A DNA stretch of 63,323 nucleotides, the filler included, from Octopus bimaculoides (Eukaryota): assembly GCF_001194135.2 (NCBI RefSeq). It is 7 parts of 7 records of this genome, joined end to end, with 100 filler letters (N's around TTAATTAATTAA, not from the genome) between each part and the next. Parts side by side here need not be neighbours in the genome. Positions count along the whole stretch, not along the records: positions 34,200 to 40,778 come from NC_068982.1; positions 40,879 to 50,212 come from NC_068988.1; 5 more parts are not named here. One strand, given 5' to 3'. A program made the translations under genes and the position numbers. Positions 37,001 to 50,212 of the stretch are shown one piece after another; position 1 is the first letter of the stretch; each line of letters starts with the position of its first letter. The notes under the pieces are model-generated. The model searched no databases, was not told the origin of the DNA, and worked only from the letters and a program-made list of their open reading frames with translations.

Positions 37001-39216
37001 ATTAATGTACTATTTAGTTAGCAATAGAACAAAATTGTACCATTTATAGACTGCTTGATTTATCGTCCAACATATTCATGTTGCACTTTCCTTTTTCACC
37101 TCGTTTCCTTCGCCAGGGAAATGTTACTTCTTTTTCACTAAATTCCATTCTTATGTAGGTAATTATTTAGGTTTTTTTAAAAATATATTTAGAAATACGT
37201 TTTTAGAATAAGAAACTGTCGCAAACAAAAATGTCGGAGTTTAGACACAGACATTTATATCTACTACTGTTTCAATGCATGTATATATTCATGATAGCTT
37301 ATGCTTTCGTCAGAGAAGTTTTCGATATTTTCTAGATTTTTATCTCTATATTGTTTGATTGAATTTATAGATTACGATTTAGTTTTTAATATTCTTGCCT
37401 GGAAACTGGAATTCGTTTCATGAGCATTACACAAGTTCAGTGAAAAAGTGTTAACAGCACAAAAGCTGCTGCTTTCATTGATTTGCCTATTAATTAAATT
37501 ATCAATGCCTGCACAGTTCATTATAGCACCATATGCCACTATCAACTTAAGTGCCTTTGTATAAGTCTTACTTTAGATGTTTATACAATATGTCTCTTGG
37601 ATGGTGCGGTTGCAATATTTAATGTATATATAATATAAGATGTGCATGTGTAGGTAGCAATATATGGCATAACAATTATTAGGAATCTATTTTGCAATAT
37701 AAATGCTGTAAACGAAGAAACAAATTCAATTCCACAAATAAACAATTGCTGTATTTATAGTTATCAGTTAGTAGTGAAAGATTTTCTGGAGAAAAAGTAC
37801 CTCTTTTTTAAGCACATACAATTAACAAAATAGCATCTTAGAAGATTGCAAAGTTGAAGCCATGCAACTATATAATTATAAAGCTAAATATTTTACTGAC
37901 CTATAATATAAAATCTTAAAGACGTTGTAATATAAAATCTTAAAAACGTTGATTTTAAACTCACAAAGGTGGGCAGAATCTAATGTCTCTGTAAAACAGA
38001 ACACTTTAGACATTTAAATGAAGTTACTGCTTCTTCTGTAAGCAAAGTTAATAATTAGATATTTGTTGCATTCAACAAATTCATAATGCAGGAGAATAAG
38101 ATATGTTAAAAATAGATAGAATTTCCTTTAAGATGCCTAAAGATGATATCACAATAAAGAAATGACCCAATTTTGTTTGTTCATTGCTTGAGTCAATTAA
38201 CTGCCAATAATTTATCAAATTTTAAATTGATATATGATATATATATTGATATATGATTACTACAGAAAGTAGTTTCAAAGGATCTGGTATAATCATAAGC
38301 CATAAATATATTAAAACAATAAAGAAGTTCATATTTCAATAATTCATTGTTGAGATATTGAGCTTATTTTTGCCTAAATTTTACAGCCTTAATATTCTAT
38401 CTTTAGAAGTAAGATTACCATTGAAATATCAATTTTATAACTACGCTTTCGAATTCAGAGAACATATAGAGAACATATATGACAACATATTGGAAATAAT
38501 TGAAGTATTTTGGCCGTTGCTTTAAAGTTATTTGGGAAAATGTATCTAAAAGTCTCCAAATGAATTAAGTTACTCTGTTTATCGCAAAGCATTGAAACAC
38601 TGGAAATATACAAATATGAAAGTAATTCACACTTATATGAGTTGACTATAAGCTATATGCAGTTAAAAAAAAAACAGAAAAGAAAAGAAAAGAACAAACA
38701 AATTTGACAAATTTTAATTTTTATGTGATCCCGAATGTACTTCAAGATCAATTTCTTTGATATAGTAATTGTTTTTTTCTTTCTTAATCTGCTCCATATT
38801 ATAAAAAGAAAATGAATTCCCAATAGGTATGATTGTATTCAAAATTGGGGTATAAGGGTTATTGGTATATGTTTCTTTCAAGAAACTTGACAGGAAAGTA
38901 ATTGAAATATTCCTGGATGATATTTGTTTAGATTGTGATGGACGAAATTATAATTTCACGGTAACCAGGTCCAATTTTGATTTTGTATACGCTTCTCTGC
39001 CTGAGTGCTAAACCATGACTTTTACAGAGGAGTTAACTTTCCAAGCTAGTTTTCTCTGTAAGCTAAGCTAAATTGTTCCATTGTCTCTTTAGATTAATAC
39101 CAACTGAATCTTATAGACATACTTTTACACACAAACACACGCACACCCAAATAATCCTAGAAATATCTATCTATCTATCTATCTATCTATCCATCTATCC
39201 ATCTATCTATCTATCC

Positions 39217-39296
<80 letters not shown>

Positions 39297-39541
39297 GTCT
39301 GTCTGTCTCTATGTATGCATGTAAGTATGAGCGACTGTGTGAGCAAGTGCGAGCATGTGTGTGTGTGTGCGTGCGCGTGTGTGCATGTGTATGTGCAGGA
39401 GCTCCAATGTTATAGCTGCTAATGAAGTGAATAAGAGCATAACACACATTTAAATTACATTGCAATAATGTTGAAATTTAGAAGTAAAACAGCTAACAGG
39501 AAGTAGGAATTTGTTTAAGAAGAATGTTTCCTTTCAATATC

Positions 39542-39588
<47 letters not shown>

Positions 39589-39878
39589 TACCTAGATCAG
39601 ATTCCAGGAAACCCCAAAATGGCTGAAGTTCAAAAGATAGTGCTCATGGGAACTGCCCATATCCTACGTAAAATACTGTCTATGTGATCTCAAATTTTAA
39701 AGCAAACACATAATTTTCTTATGGTTTCTTAAACATTCACTTGAACAAAACTGTACAAATCCAAATATATGGTACCCTAGGCATAACACCTACATGAACT
39801 TCTAACTTGTTGTCTCTTGAGGTCTCTGGGTGAGACTTGGATCCAACTTGTACAAATGCAAAACAAAAGTCAAACATA
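39589..39878 (+). mobile_element. 5'-truncated R4/Dong-clade non-LTR retrotransposon in (TAA)n
   Basis: YLDQIPGNPKMAEVQKIVLMGTAHILRKILSM* (39589-39687) matches the R4/Dong C-terminal xQKxxLLGTAHILRxxL motif; (TAA)n lies directly on both sides. Confidence 0.72.
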
Positions 39879-39924
39879 AAATAATAATAATAATAATATC
39901 AATAAACATAATCCTTTGTATTAT

Positions 39925-40055
39925 AGGTACAAAGCTTGATATTTGGTTGGAGGAGGTCAGTCCATTACATCGATATCTGTGCTTCGTTGGTACTTATAGT
40001 ATCGGCACGAAAGGATGAAACTCGTAAAAGTAAGAAGTAACCCGTGATTTGAACT
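39925..40055 (-). mobile_element. Diverged SINE family A
   Basis: GGTACTTA...GAAAGGATGAAA...GATTTGAACTCA is the reverse complement of the family A core. Confidence 0.55.
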
Positions 40056-40165
40056 CAAAATATAAAAATTCTCCAATCTATCGCCCTTCCACATTATTTA
40101 TGAGTGTCAAAGCACAAGACATACATACTTCTCTCTCATTCTCTGTCTGTCTGTCTCTCCCTCCC

Positions 40166-40252
<87 letters not shown>

Positions 40253-43200
40253 ACTTCTCACGGACGTGCTGTCACATCGGCTGCAGAGGTAAATGTTTAT
40301 TTGACCTTTTATTGTCCACATTTTGTTGGAATTTTGTATATAAGGTGTGTGAAGCACCCAACTTTCTTTTTATTGTGTTTTCAAGGTAGGAATTGGCCCT
40401 TAGGGGCAGTTTCAACCTTTTTAAAATTATATATTTTCTTCTCGACATTGAAAAATGTCGAGAAACATAGTCATAGAACGCTGGGCAGAAACATTGACGA
40501 ACGAACATTTTCCTAGACTTGAGACGCTAGGAGAACAAAAGAATAAGTCATGCACGCGCACACACACCAAAACAACAACAGACATCGAAAAAAAGAATGA
40601 AGTAACAGATTCTAAAGTCAAAGCTGTCAACGTCATGGATACTGTTAACAGCCCTGTCACCACCACCAACACCAACATCAAAAACAAAACTGTAACCAAG
40701 GTTACAAAACCATGCGTAAAAACCGTCACAAATGTCTCTGACGTAAGCAACATTTGTGCTGACGCCATCACCACCACCNNNNNNNNNNNNNNNNNNNNNN
40801 NNNNNNNNNNNNNNNNNNNNNNTTAATTAATTAANNNNNNNNNNNNNNNNNNNNNNNNNNNNNNNNNNNNNNNNNNNNGGGAGACAATCAATCAGGCAAG
40901 AGTAAGAATGAGATTTTGGAGACAAATCTGACAATGGTCTCATTGAGAGTGTTAGTAGTTTGGTCAATGAGAGGTTTATGGTTGATTAATATGACCATTT
41001 CCTTGAAGCTGTAGTCATATTGAAACAATTCATTGACAGCATCACCTCCCCCCTCAACCCACCCTGAAACCCGGAAATTCTCTCTAGTAACATCTGATTC
41101 TGCAAGCAGAGCTTTCAATCATTACATAACTACAAGAATCCTTTGCTTTATGGAAGCAATGTGTTCCTGAAAATCTGGCCGTAATGCAAAATTCTGTAAC
41201 GTGAAATTAATTTTCCGATAGATTTTCATGCGTGTAACGAGATGATAGTTTTTGAAATTGTTAACTATATAGACTTTGATCTTTACGGAAACGCAAGTGG
41301 CCACTGATCTAAAAAGAAAGTGTACGTTTAAATCATTAACAATTACACAATACGAGTTCCTGTACAAAGTGAAATTACAGACTGTATCCCGAAATTAATT
41401 ATTGTATTTTACAATTTTCGAATGTGTGAAATCCCGTAACCTGAGGTAGCTGTAACCTGAAGGATACTTGTATTAACGAACAATGGGAATTTATCAATTT
41501 CTGCATTTATAAACCAACACCTTAGATTCGTTCTCCATTTTATTAAAAATAACATTAGAAGCTCAAAAAGAACCCAACAGGAAAGGATTTGTTGTACTTA
41601 AAACTTTTTTTATTTTTATTATTTTTCAAAATAGGGATTTTCTTTTCTCTACAAATTCTTCCCAAATACTGGATGTTTAGGCATTTTTTACTTTCTGTTT
41701 GTTTGTATTCTTTAAAAATAACTGTTGTTGTGTGAGTGTTGGTGTGTGCTGGGGAGGGAAAGGGTTAGCTTGTTTCTGGAAATTACTGCTTTTAATCTCC
41801 CTTCCGATCTTCACTACACAATGCACGATCATAATTTATTCTTCTATAATCTCTTTTGACAGCTCACCTGAGTAAATTGCTCAGGAGTACACCCAACCAT
41901 TGAAAGGGAGAAAAGAGAAAGGCTAGAACCTAAAAAGCAGGGAGTTGAACAAAAAATGGATCCATTTTTTACTTGGTACCTATTGTTTCTTCTCCGTTTT
42001 ATCCCATCATCCATGCTTTTCTTTCTCTCTCTCTCTCTCTTTCTCTCATTTCTTGTACACCTCTTCCCATCACTCTTTTCCCCATCCCTTCAATCGTCAC
42101 CTCTGCCTTTTCCCCTCCTACCTCCACTACAAATCTTTTATATGTAAACCTACACATCTTCCCCTTTCACTCCCACTGCTCCTACACTCGCCCCCCCTTC
42201 CTCCTACTCCCTCAATACAAGCCCTTGTCTTTTACTCTTTCACCCAGAGAGTGAACCTCTACATGGCTGCTCACCCAGCCACAAATAGCAACCAAATCTC
42301 CCTCAAACCACACAGCACTAAGCTTAAAACTAGGAAAGGACACATAAGAAAATGCAATGATAAATATTCTGGTCATTCGGCTGGAATGCTTTTGATCACA
42401 AGTTTGCTCAATCAAGTTTTGACCTTGGGCTAAAAACCAACTCCATCACCGACGCTCCACCACTACCACCACCACCACCACCACCACCACCACTGCCTAT
42501 TTCGCTTTGCACACTTTAGCTTGTGTACGTTGAATCATGTAAGAAATTAGAGAAAGAAACTAAACTGTTTCTTGCAATGAATACATTTAAAGCAAAATTT
42601 TTTCGTTGGCCCCTTGACCCTTTAGCAGACACATTATTCTGTCAAAAGTAATGCTTATATACTCATATTGTTTTAAATTAATCATGCATTGTCTCAGAGC
42701 TTCAAGATTTTGAAGATGTGATTGTTTATTTATAAAATGACATTAGGACCTGGTTGGTCTCAAAATAAAACAAGTGGAATATTTTGGCCGGTTTAAATGC
42801 CAAAGGGTTAATAAACTACTGTGGATTACCAATTTACTATTTTGTCTGCGTGGACCCTCCCAAAAATCTTATATAGACCCTAGTTGGGAGCTACTGCCTA
42901 AAGATCTCACCTGCAAGAAAAAGCAGCCAAATCACTTTTAGTTGTCCTGTTTATTTTTTTACTGGTTTCAGTGTGGCCATTTTACAGTACCGTTCCCTAG
43001 GGTTTATAATCAACGACATCAAACAGAATGTTTTAATTAAATTCAGAGGGCTGAAAGGTAAGGTGGATGTGGGTAGTATTTAAAGCCAGAATATAACCAA
43101 ATGCCACAAGACATTTTGTTTGACGCACTGCTAATTCTACCGTTAATTTACCATGAAACTAATTCATTATGCATTACCTGCCTCAACACCCACACACATA

Positions 43201-43617
43201 CACAATTAAACTGTAACTTTTTTTGGTAAATTTAATTTGAAAACTAATGAAGCGCTGAATAGGGAATGCATATTTGTTATAAATAGCATGTGTGTGTGTG
43301 TGGGGGGGTATAACAATTTTAAAAGAATTACACATACACACATATATACATAGATCTACAAACATATTCACACACACACACCTACACACAAAGGTTTGGA
43401 TGCCCAGAGGATCAGAGGTGTGACCTGGTCTAAATTGCGAAGAAGTGTGTCAGAATACATACATGATTGATATCACAGTAAAGTTTGTAGAGAATGAGTG
43501 TGGTGCTTTTGCCATCACTGGCATTGAGAGAAAGGCATAGAAATGCTAGTGCACTGGGGAGACAGATAGATAGATAGAGAGAGAGAGAGAGAGTGTGTGA
43601 GAGAGAGAGAGAGAGAG

Positions 43618-43649
<32 letters not shown>

Positions 43650-44811
43650 TAATTTATCAATCGAAGATGACAGACATAAACACTTTCCCTCTCCTCACAT
43701 GAAGAGCAATATGCTCACACATATAAAAAGAGAGGGGGAGAGAGTGAAGGAGAGAGAGCAAGAAAAACATAAAAATGTCTGATGTCAAGTAAGTCAGCAT
43801 CGAATCAACAACGCCAAAAACGTCTGATACACAGAGAGAGAGAGAAAAGTGGGACAGACCTTCAATGCATCGGAAGGTGAGAGGTTAAAAGGAAAGTGCC
43901 AACGGATCCAACAAGTGGAAAGACTTTGAAAGAGAACGACCGAGGAAGACATGGGGGGGGGGTGAAGGCTCAACTTGATGTTTGAATCCCCAAATGAGAT
44001 ATATATNNNNNNNNNNNNNNNNNNNNNNNNNNNNNNNNNNNNNNNNNNNNNNNNNNNNNNNNNNNNNNNNNNNNNNNNNNNNNNNNNNNNNNNNNNNNNN
44101 NNNNNNNNNNNNNNNNNNNNNNNNNNNNNNNNNNNNNNNNNNNNNNNNNNNNNNNNNNNNNNNNNNNNNNNNNNNNNNNNNNNNNNNNNNNNNNNNNNNN
44201 NNNNNNNNNNNNNNNNNNNNNNNNNNNNNNNNNNNNNNNNNNNNNNNNNNNNNNNNNNNNNNNNNNNNNNNNNNNNNNNNNNNNNNNNNNNNNNNNNNNN
44301 NNNNNNNNNNNNNNNNNNNNNNNNNNNNNNNNNNNNNNNNNNNNNNNNNNNNNNNNNNNNNNNNNNNNNNNNNNNNNNNNNNNNNNNNNNNNNNNNNNNN
44401 NNNNNNNNNNCATCACCTTACCAGTGTTTGTAATAGTAGTAGTGGTTGTAGTAGTAGCAGTGGTGGTAGTAGTGATATTTAAAATATAGCAGCAGCGGCA
44501 GCAGTGGTGTTCATAATAGCAGCAGCAGCAGTAGTAGTAGTAGTAGCAGCATTGGGAGTGGTATGTTGGTAGAACTGGTAGAGCATCAGACTAAACGATC
44601 AGCAGTGTTAAGTTTCACAGCTCTGTTCTGAGACTAAATTCTACCAAGGTGGACTTAGCCTTTGATCCTTTCAGGTGTTACTAAATTAGCAATCAGTAAT
44701 TAGGGATTAATATAATTAACAGCACATTCTGCCCCACGACTAATTAAAAAAAAAAAGTGTAACTTTATTTCTAAGTCATTTCATCCATAACCACCTTGTC
44801 TTTTCATATAT

Positions 44812-44905
44812 CATCATCATCATCATCATTTAACGTCCGCTTTCCATGCTAGCATGGGTTGGACGATTTGACTGAGGACTGGTGCAACCGGATGGCTACA
44901 CCAGT
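44812..44905 (-). mobile_element. RTE-type 3' tail fragment
   Basis: (CAT)n-TTTAACGTCCGCTTTCCATGCTAGCATGGGTTGGACG. Confidence 0.8.
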
Positions 44906-45090
44906 ATATGTAGGACTAAAATATCTTATCTTATTTCTGTCCTAAGACAATAAGGGTCTAAGTTGAGGGAGTTTGCCTCTCATACTTACCCTACAATGTC
45001 ATTCTAAAAATAAACAATCACAGCATTGAAATCTCAAAGCTACAAGATAACGCATAATTAATTCAAAGTATTCTGAATGAATATGATTTA

Positions 45091-45948
45091 CACGTGGTCT
45101 GATCAGTAAGTATCCGGACTGTTGCCATAGTAACAAAGCTAATGCACGCAGAGTGAAGCTGCTTGGCACAGATTGACCTTGAACTCTGTTGTGCATGTGC
45201 ACTAAGTTTTAACGTTCTAGCTCACTTCTGCAGTACTTGGAAGGAAGATGTGTAGTGTGTGATTGTTGCATTTACCATGACAGAGAAAGTTGAGCAGAGA
45301 ATCTGCATCAAATTTTGGCGATACCTGCTCAGAGGCCTACACAAAGTTTTCAAATTGTTTTCATCATTCTCGACACAATCAAGGAGATTTTGTGCATATG
45401 AAACTCAAGTGTGCTATTGGTCAGCTGAAAGCAGTTTTGGCACAAACTTGGCACACATGCATCTCATATCCAAATCTTCAGTGATAATAGACTCAACTGA
45501 ATTATAACTAATCTGAACATCCTCTGATAACTCATGGATGGTGATTCAACGATTTCCCCTCACAGCTGCAAGCACATCTGCGATGTTTTTCTCAGTTCTG
45601 CTGGTTGTGGCTCTCCCAGAACGTTCATCAATATCGACATTTCTTTTTGGCCATCTTGGAAACGTCTGAACCACTTGTACACTTGTGTGCAGCTCATACA
45701 CATCTCTCCATAAACTTTCTGCAACTTTGCATAGGTCTCTGAGCAAGTATCACCATGACAACTTTCTCTATCATGGTCAATGCAGATGATCACACACTAC
45801 ACACTTTCCTTCCAAGCACTGCTGTAAACAGTGGAAGTGAGCTAGAATGTTAAAACTAATGCACATGTACAGCATAGATCAAGGCCAATCTTTGCCAAGT
45901 GGCTTCACTCTGTGTGCTTTAGCTTTGTTAACAATCCGGATATTTCAT
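45091..45948. mobile_element. Mariner-derived fold-back element made of two inverted 5' ends
   Basis: Plus arm: TA|CACGTGGTCTGATCAGTAAGTATCCGGAC...MTEKVEQRICIKF..GDTCSEAYTK. Minus arm: GDTCSETYAKLQKVYGE.CMS.TQVYKWFRRF..G...IDERSGRATTS...ITIHELSEDV.IS..SV..IITEDL.M....AKFVPKLLS, i.e. the mariner N-terminal HTH region up to just before the first catalytic Asp. Confidence 0.85.
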
Positions 45949-46074
45949 TGTATTCAACAGAGTAATCTGAATGCTAAAGGCCTAAAGACAGATCTACTTT
46001 GAAAAACTCAGATCGGCTGCTGTTCTATTGGAGTTAGTTTTGCTCATCAAATCTCTATATTTCTGTAGCTAGAG

Positions 46075-46385
46075 AAGGTATACAGCTTAGTGGTTAGGGG
46101 ATTTGGCTCACGGTTGTAAAGGCACGAGTTCAATCCCCAGAGACATAGTGTCCTTCAGCAAGATACTTTATTTCATGCTGCTCCAGTCCGATCAACTGGC
46201 AAAAATGATTTGTACCTGTAATTCAAAAGGCCAGTCTTGTCACATTCTGTCTCGTCCTGAATCTTCCCTGACAACTATGTTAAGGATTCATGTGTCTGCA
46301 GAAAGTTTAGCCACTTGCATGTTAATTTCATGAGCTAGCTGTTCCATTGGTTGGATCAACTGGATCCCTCATTGTCATAACCGGT
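46075..46385 (+). mobile_element. Diverged SINE family C
   Basis: tRNA-like head GCTTAGTGGTTAGGG...GAGTTCAATCCCC plus a body homologous to 31250-31440. Confidence 0.7.
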
Positions 46386-46636
46386 TAGTTGAAGTGGGAC
46401 AAGTGGATGCAGATGTACTCTTTGGTGTTGTGTAGTCAAGGTCAGCAGTGGTTAAACATGAGTCACAATTTGAAACATTCCAGCTGTGACTAACTCCGCT
46501 TTTTTACTGGCAATGAACTTAGCATCGCATCATACAATGTGTCCTGTCTGTTTGCTTTAACCCTTTCATTGCCCCCCCCCCCCGCCAATGACCATTTTGA
46601 AATATAACAATACTTTTATCATTATTATCTTCTTAG

Positions 46637-46830
46637 AAGGTGGCGAGCTGGCAGAATCGTTAGCATACCAGGAAAAATGCTTAGCGGCATTTTGTCCGTC
46701 TTTATGTTCTGAGTTCAAATTCTGCTAAGGTTGATTTTGCCTTTCATCTTTTTGGGGTCGATAAATAAAGTACCAGTGAGACACTGGGGTTGATGTAATC
46801 AACTAGTGCCTTGTGCCTTTAGTAGAAAGG
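46637..46830 (+). mobile_element. SINE family A (CpG-decayed)
   Basis: GGTGGCGAGCTGGCAGAATCGTTAGC...AAGGTTGATTTTGCCTTTCATC. Confidence 0.8.
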
Positions 46831-46852
46831 ATTATTATCTTCCTATTGTCTT

Positions 46853-47075
46853 TCTTTTTTTACTTGCTTCAGTCATTAGACTGTGGCCATGCTGGGGCAC
46901 CACCTTGAAGAATTTTAGCTGACCTATTCACGCTGAGTACTTATTTTCTTCTTTTAAAGCCTGGTACTTATTCTATCGATCCCTTTTGCTGAACCACTAA
47001 GTTATGGGGGATGTAAACACACCAACACTGGCTGTCAAGCAGTGGTAGGGGAACGAACATAAACACACACACACA
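46853..47075 (-). mobile_element. SINE family B 3' half
   Basis: CAGTCATTAGACTGTGGCCATGCTGGGGCACC...CTGGTACTTATTCTATCG...CCACTAAGTTATGGGG. Confidence 0.75.
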
Positions 47076-47099
47076 TAAATAAATATATTTGAACCATGC

Positions 47100-47460
47100 A
47101 CCTAGTGCAAACAGTAGTGGTTGGCATTGGGAAGGGCATCTAGCTGTAGAAACCATGCCAAAGCCAACGTTGGAATCCAACACAGTCCTGCAGCTTGTTG
47201 GATCCTGTCAAACTGCCCAACTCATGCCAGCATGAAAAACAGACATTAAATGATGATGATGATGGTGACAGTGAATATGAGTTTAAATGAAAATAAGCAA
47301 GGCACTGTGTGGTAAAAAGCTTGCTTTCCAACCACATGGTTCCGGGTTCAGTCCTGCTGTGTGGCACCTTGGGCAAGTGGCTTTTACTATAGCCTTGGGC
47401 AGACCAAAACCTTATGAGTGGATTTGGTAGACGGAAACTGAAAGAAGCCTGTTGTATATA
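47100..47460 (+). mobile_element. RTE-type tail (47100-47275) followed by SINE family B 5' half (47298-47460)
   Basis: GGAAGGGCATCTAGCTGTAGAAAC...CATGCCAGCATG..(GAT)n, then GCTGTGTGGTAAAAAGCTTGCTTTCCAACCACATGGTTCCGGG. Confidence 0.75.
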
Positions 47461-48121
47461 TATATATATATNNNNNNNNNNNNNNNNNNNNNNNNNNNNN
47501 NNNNNNNNNNNNNNNNNNNNNNNNNNNNNNNNNNNNNNNNNNNNNNNNNNNNNNNNNNNNNNNNNNNNNNNNNNNNNNNNNNNNNNNNNNNNNNNNNNNN
47601 NNNNNNNNNNNNNNNNNNNNNNNNNNNNNNNNNNNNNNNNNNNNNNNNNNNNNNNNNNNNNNNNNNNNNNNNNNNNNNNNNNNNNNNNNNNNNNNNNNNN
47701 NNNNNNNNNNNNNNNNNNNNNNNNNNNNNNNNNNNNNNNNNNNNNNNNNNNNNNNNNNNNNNNNNNNNNNNNNNNNNNNNNNNNNNNNNNNNNNNNNNNN
47801 NNNNNNNNNNNNNNNNNNNNNNNNNNNNNNNNNNNNNNNNNNNNNNNNNNNNNNNNNNNNNNNNNNNNNNNNNNNNNNNNNNNNNNNNNNNNNNNNNNNN
47901 NNNNNNNNNNNNNAACTTGTTCATAACTATAGGGTTAAATGTGGGTAATATTGATTCAAATAAATTAACTTTCATGGCATCAGTGACTGTGTGTGGAGGG
48001 ATGGGGGTGGGGTGGGGTTCTGAGTCTTTTTTTTTTAATGGTTCAACGCATTTCTTGATTGTGAAACAGCTTTTACAAAAGTCAATAGTTTTATATAATG
48101 TATCTGGGTGAGAGAGTACAT

Positions 48122-48153
<32 letters not shown>

Positions 48154-48402
48154 CATATAAATATTTTATGCACACACATATTAATAGGTGTTTTTAATTA
48201 CATACGAACAACAAACATTAAACCGAATATAAAATTCAATATATATGTAGACGCAGGAGTGGGTGTGTGGGAAGAAGTTCACTTTCCAATCACATGGATC
48301 TCAGTTGAGTCCCACTGTGTAGCACATTGGGCAAAGGTCTTATGCTTAAGACCAACAAAATCCTTGTGAAAGGATTTGGAAGACGGAAACTGAAATATGT
48401 AC

Positions 48403-48435
<33 letters not shown>

Positions 48436-48438
<3 letters not shown>

Positions 48439-48590
48439 TTCAAATTTATCGAAAAACAAAAGACACGTGTAGGAACAACAAGCAGATGTATTAGTCTTTT
48501 ATGTTTTGAGCTTATGCTCTTCGACAGAAAGGAGAAACAGGAAATAAATGGAGAGAGAAAAACTGTGTAGAGTCTAGCAGTCAAACTCAC
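48436..48590 (-). mobile_element. Solo 3' end of the Neptune-like PLE family with a CpG-decayed HHR-like motif at 48496-48531
   Basis: Homologous to 18703-18840: GTGTAGGAACA.CAAGCAG.TGTATT...GTCTTTTA.GTTT.GA.C.TA.GCTCTTCGACAGAAAGG. Confidence 0.75.
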
Positions 48591-48602
48591 ACACACACAC
48601 AT

Positions 48603-48965
48603 ACAGCCTGGTGCAGTTGCTGGCTCTTCAGACCTCAGCCAAACAGCCCAACCCATGCCAGCATGGGTTGGACGATTTGACTGAGAACTGGTGAACCAGA
48701 TGGCTATACCAGGCTCCAATCTGATTTGGCAGAGTTTCTACAGCTGGATGCCCTTCCTAACGCCATCTACTCCGAGAGTGTAGTGGGTGCTTTTATGTGC
48801 CACCGGCACGAAGACCAGTCAGGCGGTACTGGCAACGACCACACTCAAAAAGGTGTTTTTTATGTGCCACCTGCACAAGAGCCAGTCCAGCGGCACTGGC
48901 AACGACCTCACTCGAATGTTTTTCCACGTGCCACCAGCACAAGTGCCAGTAAGGTGACGCTGGTA
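48603..48965. mobile_element. RTE-type 3' UTR copies fused tail to tail
   Basis: Plus copy 48603-48660 and minus copy 48660-48965 meet at AACCCATGCCAGCATGGGTT. Confidence 0.75.
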
Positions 48966-49821
48966 ATGTTGTGTGAATATATATGTGTACATGGGTGTGT
49001 GTGTGTGTGTGTGTATGTGTATATATATATATGTGTGTGTGTATTGGTGCATATATATGTGTACATGTTTGTGTGTGTGTATGTGTATATATATATATGT
49101 GTGTGTGTATTGGTGCATATNNNNNNNNNNNNNNNNNNNNNNNNNNNNNNNNNNNNNNNNNNNNNNNNNNNNNTATATATATATATATATATATATATAC
49201 ATACATACATATATATGTCAAAAGGCTAAAAAAAAACTAGTAGCTACAAAATGAAGCATATTGCTGTTTGTCATGAATCATTAAAAATGTGTGTGTGTGT
49301 GTGCTTCAGAGTAGATAAAATTGCTACCACACCTGTTACATACCCCGACTCATTCTCCTATTTAAACAACGTAGTTAAGTGTATTTGGGACCAGTGCCAA
49401 ATGTGGTCAAAACAAAACCCAAAATAAATAAATAAATAAATAAAAGCAGAGAAGGCTGGTGAGAAGCGAGATGCAAGCTCGTTAATGCTAATTTTACTTA
49501 TTCATTTAGCAATGGAAGGAGACCGACCATCCATTACATCACTTTTGTACATCATACTAGATATGATGTCGGGTGCAGCATAGGGAGAAAGAGAGGGCAG
49601 GATGATATATAAGAAGCAGATATTTGATCTGTGTGACTGTAACATGAATCTGATGAAAATAGCTTAGGTAAGAGAACACTGGTTAATTACCCACTTCAGA
49701 GAGGGAACAGTTTGTTTTGCTTTGCTTTTACAGTAGCACACTGGGGTTGGCTCAGTTGTCAAGGGCAGCTATGGGTTGATTGCTGTGACGATATATAGCA
49801 GGCGACATTTTCAAACATTAG

Positions 49822-50050
49822 GGTGCTGAGCTGGCAGAATTGTTAGCACGCTGGGCAAAATGCTTAGCAGCATTTCGTCCGTATTTATGTTCTGGGTTCA
49901 AATTCCACCGAAGTCAACTTTGTCTTTTATCCTTTTTTTTTGGCGGTGGGTGGGGTGTCGATGAAATAAATACCAGTTGAGTATTTGGGTCGATGTAATC
50001 AACTTACCCAGCACCCCACCAAAATTGCTGGCCTTGTGCGAAAATTTGAA
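49822..50050 (+). mobile_element. SINE family A
   Basis: GAGCTGGCAGAATTGTTAGCACGCTGGGCAAAATGCTTAGC...CAAATTCCACCGAAGTCAACTTTG. Confidence 0.8.
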
Positions 50051-50081
50051 ATGAATATTTTTCAAACAAATTCTAGGCTCT

Positions 50082-50212
50082 CATCACCATCACCATCATC
50101 ATCATTTTAATGTCTAGTTTTCCATACTTGCATGGTGTGCATGGAATTTTTTGAGGTTGACTTTCAATCTGATCTGGCAGAATTTCTACAGCTGGATGCC
50201 CTTCCTAACGCC
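50082..50212 (-). mobile_element. RTE-type tail fragment
   Basis: (CAT)n...CCATACTTGCATGG...TTTCTACAGCTGGATGCCCTTCCTAACGCC. Confidence 0.7.

Noticed and set aside
37904-37951. 24-bp tandem duplication, plus small direct repeats at 24518/24557 and 10649-10683
   Set aside because: Two-copy slippage duplications; no repeat-spacer array, so not CRISPR-like.
40888-41367. Two minus-strand ORFs with a VIVNDLNVH motif reminiscent of the LINE endonuclease GDxN
   Set aside because: One weak motif only; I could not assign a family.
43690-43735. GAAGAGC-AATAT-GCTC resembling the 18787 stem II
   Set aside because: Core and GAAAC are absent; too degenerate to support.
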